Source: Anaerolineae bacterium
GTDB lineage: Bacteria; Chloroflexota; Anaerolineae; UBA1429
Assembly: GCA_050949345.1 (NCBI GenBank)
Contig: JBMNFN010000001.1
Span: forward strand, 706,931-770,930
Reading direction: 5' to 3'
DNA length: 64,000 nt
Part shown: piece by piece, positions 58,721 to 64,000 of the stretch
Position numbering within the stretch: position 1 is the stretch's first letter
Layout of the letters: each line of letters opens with the position of its first letter
Notes under the pieces: generated by a model
Databases searched by the model: none
Seen by the model: the letters and a program-made list of their open reading frames with translations, nothing else
Told to the model about the DNA's origin: nothing
Translations under genes and position numbers: made by a program

Positions 58721-59407
58721 TTGCTGCCAAACTGGGTGCTGTTCTTTCTCAACGGAATCTGCCACCGCAACCCTGCGCATGCGCTCAGCACGGGCGGGAT
58801 GCCCACTCTGCTTTGCGCGCGCTGCACCGGACTGTTCTGCGCCAGCGTACTGGTCCTGTTGCTCCTGGCGCTGGCTGGCCTGCGGCGCCATGCCGGTGGA
58901 TTGCCCCCCGCCGCCCATGGGCTTGCGGCTGCCCTGGCGGTCTGGTGGGCCCTTGACGGGGTGAACTCGGCTGCGATGGTCTGGCTGGCAAGGCCCCTGG
59001 CCTATGAGCCCACCGCAGCTCTGCGGACCGTTACAGGTGCAGGGATGGGAATGGCCATGGCGCTGGAGGCCTGGCCGTTGGCAGCCAGTACCCTGTCCTC
59101 CGTCCCTGAACCGCAACCGGCAGTGAACAGCGGCTGGGAGTTGGCAGGTCTGCTGGCAAGCGCCCTGCTGGCGGCACTCTTGTTGCTCAGCGGCCGGTTA
59201 CCGTGGATCCTGGTGGCGGTGTGGTCGCTGGTGGGAGTTGCAGTCGCCATCGGTGGTGCCAACGTATTGCTGTTGGTGCTCCTTACGAACAGCGGCAGGG
59301 CGCGCTTCACAGGCTGTCGACGCATCGCACTCGTGCTGGGCGGGCTTGGACTGGCGCTGATAGAGACGGGAGGTTTGGCATGGGTGCGTGCCTTGACCGG
59401 TACCTGA
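58721..59407 (+). CDS. DUF2085-family membrane protein
   Basis: CHRNP...LCARCTG motif and multi-TM hydrophobic profile. Confidence 0.55.
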   Translation: MLPNWVLFFLNGICHRNPAHALSTGGMPTLLCARCTGLFCASVLVLLLLALAGLRRHAGGLPPAAHGLAAALAVWWALDGVNSAAMVWLARPLAYEPTAALRTVTGAGMGMAMALEAWPLAASTLSSVPEPQPAVNSGWELAGLLASALLAALLLLSGRLPWILVAVWSLVGVAVAIGGANVLLLVLLTNSGRARFTGCRRIALVLGGLGLALIETGGLAWVRALTGT

Positions 59408-59533
59408 GTCACGCCCTGTTGAGCATCGAGGAGGTTGTGCAGGCAAAACGGTAGCGATATACTGGGCCCATCGTATCCGCTGCGATCGTAAGGAGAGCCG
59501 ATCGCATACCAAGACCTAGCAACGGGAGGATCC

Positions 59534-60274
59534 ATGGATATCGGCAAGGCGTTTACGTTCATTCCGGAAGACAAAGAGTGGTTGAAAAAGATCGCGATCG
59601 GAGGCGTCTTGACCCTCCTGCCCGTGGCGAACTTTATCCCGCAGGGATATGCGCTGCGCGTGATGCGCAACGTCGCCACGGACGAGCCCGCCCCTCTGCC
59701 CGAGTGGAGCGATTGGGGTGGAGACTTGAAAAAGGGCTTTATGTGGTGGGTCGCGATGGCGGTGTACGCGATTCCCATCATCCTGTTAGGCATCGTGTTC
59801 TCAATCCTCGGCGCGGCGACGGGTGGCGCCTCGTCGGAGGAAGTGAGCGGCGTGTTGGGTATCGCCACCCTGTGCATGAACTGCCTGATGGGCTTGTATG
59901 CCCTGCTGATGGCGGTGGTGTTGCCCGCAGCCATGGTGCGCTTTGCGGACAAGTGGTCGCTGAAGGATGCCTTTGAGCTGGGCGCCATCAAGGCCCTCAT
60001 CACGAAAAAGCCCGGGGCTTATGCTACCGCAATCGTCGTGGCCATGCTCGGCGCGATGGCCGGCAGCCTGGGATCGATCGCCTGCGTGATCGGCGTGATC
60101 TTTACCACCTTTTACGGCACGCTGGCCGGCATGCATGCCCTGGGCCAGTTCGCCGCCGAGACCGAAGCGATCGAGGGCTCCGGTGTGGTGCTTCCCGAGG
60201 ACGATCTATTGGACGAGCCGGAAGAAGAAGACCTGGCCCCCCTGGATGATGAGCCCCCCGCACCGACGGAGTAG
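59534..60274 (+). CDS. Hypothetical polytopic membrane protein with acidic C-terminal tail
   Basis: 4-5 predicted TM helices. The C-terminus is EDDLLDEPEEEDLAPLDDEPP. TATACT -10 and GGGAGG RBS lie upstream. Confidence 0.5.
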   Translation: MDIGKAFTFIPEDKEWLKKIAIGGVLTLLPVANFIPQGYALRVMRNVATDEPAPLPEWSDWGGDLKKGFMWWVAMAVYAIPIILLGIVFSILGAATGGASSEEVSGVLGIATLCMNCLMGLYALLMAVVLPAAMVRFADKWSLKDAFELGAIKALITKKPGAYATAIVVAMLGAMAGSLGSIACVIGVIFTTFYGTLAGMHALGQFAAETEAIEGSGVVLPEDDLLDEPEEEDLAPLDDEPPAPTE

Positions 60275-60303
60275 GCTCTGCCCCGTAACCCCTGCCCCGT
60301 ATT

Positions 60304-60343
60304 GGACACCGAGAGAGACCCCTCTCTCGGTGTCTGTGTTTCG
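60304..60343 (+). terminator. Intrinsic terminator
   Basis: ggacaccgagagag-acccc-tctctcggtgtc hairpin followed by TGTGTTT. Confidence 0.55.
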
Positions 60344-60463
60344 TGCTGCATGGCGGTCCCTGCCCCCTCATTCTCAGTGCAATTGCCAACCGTCAGCCAC
60401 ACTTGGCAGCAATCAGAGGGTCTGTGACAGTTTCTGACAGCATCCGGGGACTAGACTGGGGCC

Positions 60464-61762
60464 ATGGCAGACTCACAAGTGTCCCTTGGCCTGAACAGCC
60501 GCGGCCAGCGGGGTTATACCTCGCGCCTGCCGGGGCTCTATCGCTTGTCCTTCTCTGAACGCCTGCAGCTCGTCGGTGGTGTAGCAGGCCTTTCAGAGGA
60601 CGAGATCGACACTCTGCGGGGAGTCTATTCCACCGGGCCCGAGGAGAGCGCCATCGAGAACGCCCTGGGCATGGTTCCCCTGCCGCTGGGCATCGGCACG
60701 AACCTGATCGTCAACGGGCGAGACGTGCTGGTTCCCATGGTTACCGAGGAACCATCGGTGGTAGCCGGATTCAGCAACGGTGCGCGGCTGGTACGCCAGA
60801 GCGGCGGCGTCATTGCCAGCTGCGATCCGCCCGAGATGATTGGCCAGATTCAGCTGTACGATGTGCTGGATCCGGAGGAGACCCAGCAGCGCATCGAGCA
60901 GGCGGAGGGCGATCTCCTGGCCGTGGCCAACGCGACCATGCCAGGAATGGTCGCCCGAGGGGGCGGCGCGCGCACGCTGCAGGTACGCCGTGTGGCAACC
61001 ATGCAGGGCACCATGCTCGTCGTGCATCTGGTTATCGACGTGCGCGATGCCATGGGTGCCAACGTGGTCAATACAGCTGCGGAGGCGGTGGGCGATGCCC
61101 TGGCGACGCGGGTGGCGGACCGCGTAGGGGTGCGAATTCTGACCAATCTGGCAACACACAGGTTGGCACGGGCCCACTGCAGCCTGCCAGTGAGCTCTCT
61201 GGGTACTGCCGAGCATGAGGGCGGCGCAATAGCGCAAGGCATCGTCTCTGCCTGTGCCTGGGCCGACGCAGATCCCTATCGAGCCGCCACCCACAACAAG
61301 GGCATCATGAACGGGATCGACGCCGTGGCGCTGGCAACCGGAAACGACTGGCGAGCGATCGAGGCGGGGGCTCATGCCTGGGCGGCGCATGGCGGTCACT
61401 ATGCTGCCCTGACGCGCTGGCAGATCGCCCAGGATGACCAGCTGGTCGGAGAGATCGAGCTTCCGCTGGCGGTGGGCACGCGGGGCAGCGCCATACGGGC
61501 CCATGCCGTAGCCCGGGTGGCCCAGCACATCATGCGGGTGAACACCTCCGGCGAGTTGGCTGAGATCATGGCCGCCGTCGGGCTGGTGCAGAACCTGGCG
61601 GCGCTGAGGGCGTTGGCGGCAGAAGGCATTCAGCGCGGACACATGAAGCTGCACGCCCGTCAGATCGCGCGGGCGGCGGCGCTGGAGGGTGCTGAGGACA
61701 TGCGATCCCACGCCCAGCACGGGGAGATGCCCGCGGACACAGAGGATAGAGAGCCATGCTGA
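60464..61762 (+). CDS. Class II hydroxymethylglutaryl-CoA reductase
   Basis: About 430 aa. [37 protein letters not shown] motifs typical of class II HMGR. Confidence 0.85.
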   Translation: MADSQVSLGLNSRGQRGYTSRLPGLYRLSFSERLQLVGGVAGLSEDEIDTLRGVYSTGPEESAIENALGMVPLPLGIGTNLIVNGRDVLVPMVTEEPSVVAGFSNGARLVRQSGGVIASCDPPEMIGQIQLYDVLDPEETQQRIEQAEGDLLAVANATMPGMVARGGGARTLQVRRVATMQGTMLVVHLVIDVRDAMGANVVNTAAEAVGDALATRVADRVGVRILTNLATHRLARAHCSLPVSSLGTAEHEGGAIAQGIVSACAWADADPYRAATHNKGIMNGIDAVALATGNDWRAIEAGAHAWAAHGGHYAALTRWQIAQDDQLVGEIELPLAVGTRGSAIRAHAVARVAQHIMRVNTSGELAEIMAAVGLVQNLAALRALAAEGIQRGHMKLHARQIARAAALEGAEDMRSHAQHGEMPADTEDREPC

Positions 61763-62802
61763 TGCACCCGCAACTGGCGACAGGCATCGTCGGGTACGGT
61801 GCCTATGTGCCGCGGTACCGCTTGCCCTCCAGCGAGGTGAACCGGGTCTGGCACGACGGCCTGGATGCTCCGCCCATCACGGAAAAGTCGGTGCCGGGAC
61901 CCGATGAAGACACGGTCACCATGTCCATCGAGGCGGCGCGCAACGCCCTGGCACGGGCTGGTATTCCCCCCGCCTCGCTGGGCGCCGTGTGGGTGGGCAG
62001 CGAATCGCATCCCTATGCCGTCAAGCCTACCTCCAGCATCGTGGCAGAGGCCATCGGCGCGGTGCCCCACGCCCTGGGGGCCGATTGGCAATTCGCCTGC
62101 AAGGCCGGCACCGAGGCGCTGCAGGCGGCAATTGCCCTGGTAGGATCGGGTATGGCCCAGCACGCCATGGCGATCGGAATGGACACCGCTCAGGGGCGCC
62201 CGGGAGATGCGCTCGAGTACACCGCAGCCGCCGGTGGCGCCGCTTACATTCTGGGCGGTGCCCAAGAGTGCATCGCCGTGCTGGAGGGCTCTACCTCCTG
62301 GATCTCGGATACGCCGGACTTTTGGCGACGGCCGGGCGAGCACTATCCCGAACACGCCGGGCGCTTTACCGGCGATCCCGCTTACTTTCGCCACGTGCTG
62401 GCGGCGGCACAGCAGCTCTTGCAGGGGCTGGGGGTGACGCCCCGGGATGTGGACCATGCGGTGTTCCATCAACCCAACCTGCGCTTTCCTCTGCGGGCCA
62501 GCCGCGAGCTGGGTTTCAGCCGGCAGCAACTGGAGGCAGGGCTGCTGGTCGACCGTGTCGGCAACGCCTATGCCGGCTCCTCGATGCTCGGGTTGAGCGC
62601 CGTTCTCGACGTAGCAGAGCCCGGACAGCGCATTTTGCAAGTGTCCTTTGGCTCGGGCGCCGGCAGTGACGCGCTGTTGTGGCGCGTAACCGAGCGCCTG
62701 GCACAGCGCAGGAATCTGGCGCCCAGCACTGCGCAGTACATCGGGCGGCGCGTAGTGGTGGACTATGCGCAGTATGCGCGCTATCGCGGCAAATTGGCCT
62801 AA
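61756..62802 (+). CDS. Archaeal-type (short, ~350 aa) hydroxymethylglutaryl-CoA synthase
   Basis: [14 protein letters not shown]-terminus, active-site Cys region ([11 protein letters not shown]), 7-nt overlap with HMGR. Confidence 0.8.
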   Translation: MLMHPQLATGIVGYGAYVPRYRLPSSEVNRVWHDGLDAPPITEKSVPGPDEDTVTMSIEAARNALARAGIPPASLGAVWVGSESHPYAVKPTSSIVAEAIGAVPHALGADWQFACKAGTEALQAAIALVGSGMAQHAMAIGMDTAQGRPGDALEYTAAAGGAAYILGGAQECIAVLEGSTSWISDTPDFWRRPGEHYPEHAGRFTGDPAYFRHVLAAAQQLLQGLGVTPRDVDHAVFHQPNLRFPLRASRELGFSRQQLEAGLLVDRVGNAYAGSSMLGLSAVLDVAEPGQRILQVSFGSGAGSDALLWRVTERLAQRRNLAPSTAQYIGRRVVVDYAQYARYRGKLA

Positions 62803-62813
62803 GGGATGACATC

Positions 62814-63974
62814 TTGAGAGACGTCGCCATTATTGGGATCGGGCAGACACCGGTGGGTGAGCACTGGGAGTTGAGCCTGCGCGACCTGGGCTATCGGGCG
62901 CTCAGATCCGCGCTGGAGGATGCCTGTGTGGAGGCCCCCCAGATGCTGTTCGTCGGCAACATGCTTTCGGGGGCCCTTTCGCATCAGGAGAACCTGGGAG
63001 CGCTCATCGGCGACTATGCGGGTCATCGCGGCATCGAGTCCTTCAAGGTTGAGGCGGCCTGTGCCAGTGGCGCCGCGGCTGTGCGCATGGCCAGCCTCGC
63101 TGTAGGTGGTGGCGCCTGCGACGTGGCCGTGGCGCTCGGCGTGGAAAAGATGACCGACGGGCGCGGGGACGAGGCCACGGCAGCGTTGGCCATGGCCGCC
63201 GATGCAGACTATGAGAGCAGCCAGGGTCTGTCCTTTGTAGCCATCAATGCGCTGCTGATGCAGCGCTACATGCACGAGTTCGGGTATCGCCATGTGGACT
63301 TTGCTCCATTTGCAGTAACGGCCCACCTGAACGCCAGCACCAACGCCAACGCCATGTTCCGCAGCCGGATTACCGCGGAGCAGTTTGAAGCCTCGCGCCC
63401 CGTTGCCAGCCCCATCAACCTGTTGGACGCCTCAGGAATCTGTGACGGCGCGGCGGCGGTGGTGATCGTTCCGGCAGACCTGGCGCGCAGCACAAGTCCA
63501 TACCCGCTGGTGCGCATCGCCGCCTCCAGCTCGGCAATCGACTCGGTAGCGCTGCACGACCGGCGGGACCCTCTGGTGCTTCAGGCCGCAGCCGATTCCG
63601 CCTGGCGGGCCTATTCCCACGCGGGGATCGGGCCGGAGGATATTGACTTTTTCGAGCTGCATGACGCCTTTACGATCATGGCGGCACTGTCCCTGGAGGC
63701 CTGCGGATTGGCTCCCCACGGACGAGGAGTCGCCCTGGCAAACGAAGGAGTGCTTGGCAGGCAGGGGCGGATCCCCATCTCTACCCTGGGAGGACTCAAG
63801 GCCCGCGGGCACCCCGTAGGAGCCACCGGGGTCTACCAGATCGTCGAGACGGTGCAGCAACTGCGCGGCGCGGCCGGTGAGAACCAGATCCCCGGTGCCC
63901 GATTCGGACTCGCCCAAAACATTGGCGGAAGTGGCGCCAATGTGATCACTCATATTCTTGAACGCGCTTCTTGA
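62814..63974 (+). CDS. Archaeal-type acetyl-CoA acetyltransferase (thiolase, SCP-x-like)
   Basis: VAIIGIGQTPVGEHW, catalytic Cys region (VEAACASGAAAV), C-terminal GGSGAN. TTG start at 62814 with AAGGGA SD. A gene beginning ATGAGCAGC at 63992 runs off the window. Confidence 0.8.
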   Translation: MRDVAIIGIGQTPVGEHWELSLRDLGYRALRSALEDACVEAPQMLFVGNMLSGALSHQENLGALIGDYAGHRGIESFKVEAACASGAAAVRMASLAVGGGACDVAVALGVEKMTDGRGDEATAALAMAADADYESSQGLSFVAINALLMQRYMHEFGYRHVDFAPFAVTAHLNASTNANAMFRSRITAEQFEASRPVASPINLLDASGICDGAAAVVIVPADLARSTSPYPLVRIAASSSAIDSVALHDRRDPLVLQAAADSAWRAYSHAGIGPEDIDFFELHDAFTIMAALSLEACGLAPHGRGVALANEGVLGRQGRIPISTLGGLKARGHPVGATGVYQIVETVQQLRGAAGENQIPGARFGLAQNIGGSGANVITHILERAS

Positions 63975-64000
63975 CCGCTGGAGGTATCAGCATGAGCAGC

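Overview
High-GC (~65-67%) bacterial chromosomal window, densely coding (about 50 genes), with near-consensus sigma-70 promoters (TTGACA-17-TATAAT-like) and frequent 4-8 nt gene overlaps. A Chloroflexi-like or Gram-positive-like host is suggested by a Cheo-type LexA box, MrfAB-like repair genes and an archaeal-type mevalonate module; this is inference only. Main blocks, start to end:
(1) Metabolism: alpha-L-fucosidase (5-prime truncated by the window edge), tungsten-type aldehyde:ferredoxin oxidoreductase, and a YvcK/GlmR-phosphohexomutase fusion.
(2) Housekeeping: cmk, a RluB-family pseudouridine synthase, PBP5-type D,D-carboxypeptidase, a TPR-Slt lytic transglycosylase, and a plsC-ybeY-rph-HD-LysM string.
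(3) Sulfur: a four-domain CoADR-rhodanese-TusA-DsrE persulfide/sulfur-transfer protein.
(4) DNA repair island: ligA, then a MrfA-like DEAD/DUF1998 helicase carrying an inserted HNH nuclease motif, then a MrfB-like DnaQ-exonuclease/TPR gene, all translationally coupled. Just upstream sits a Rad52/Rad22-family annealing protein whose promoter spacer holds a perfect GAAC-N4-GTTC LexA (Cheo) box.
(5) Activated methyl cycle: an S-box (SAM-I) riboswitch controlling metE-like(YxjG-type)-pfkB-ahcY-metK.
(6) Glycosylation: a long GDP-6-deoxyhexose locus (rmd with no canonical start codon, gmd, pmm, tatD, GT2, GT4, two giant GT-C membrane glycosyltransferases sharing repeated C-terminal domains, GNAT), preceded by a 4x 12-nt tandem repeat in its leader.
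(7) A RarA-methyltransferase fusion next to bactofilin.
(8) Archaeal-type early mevalonate module (class II HMG-CoA reductase, short HMG-CoA synthase, thiolase).
No rRNA, tRNA, CRISPR, transposase or integrase was recognised. Many long antisense ORFs in the track are high-GC artefacts.
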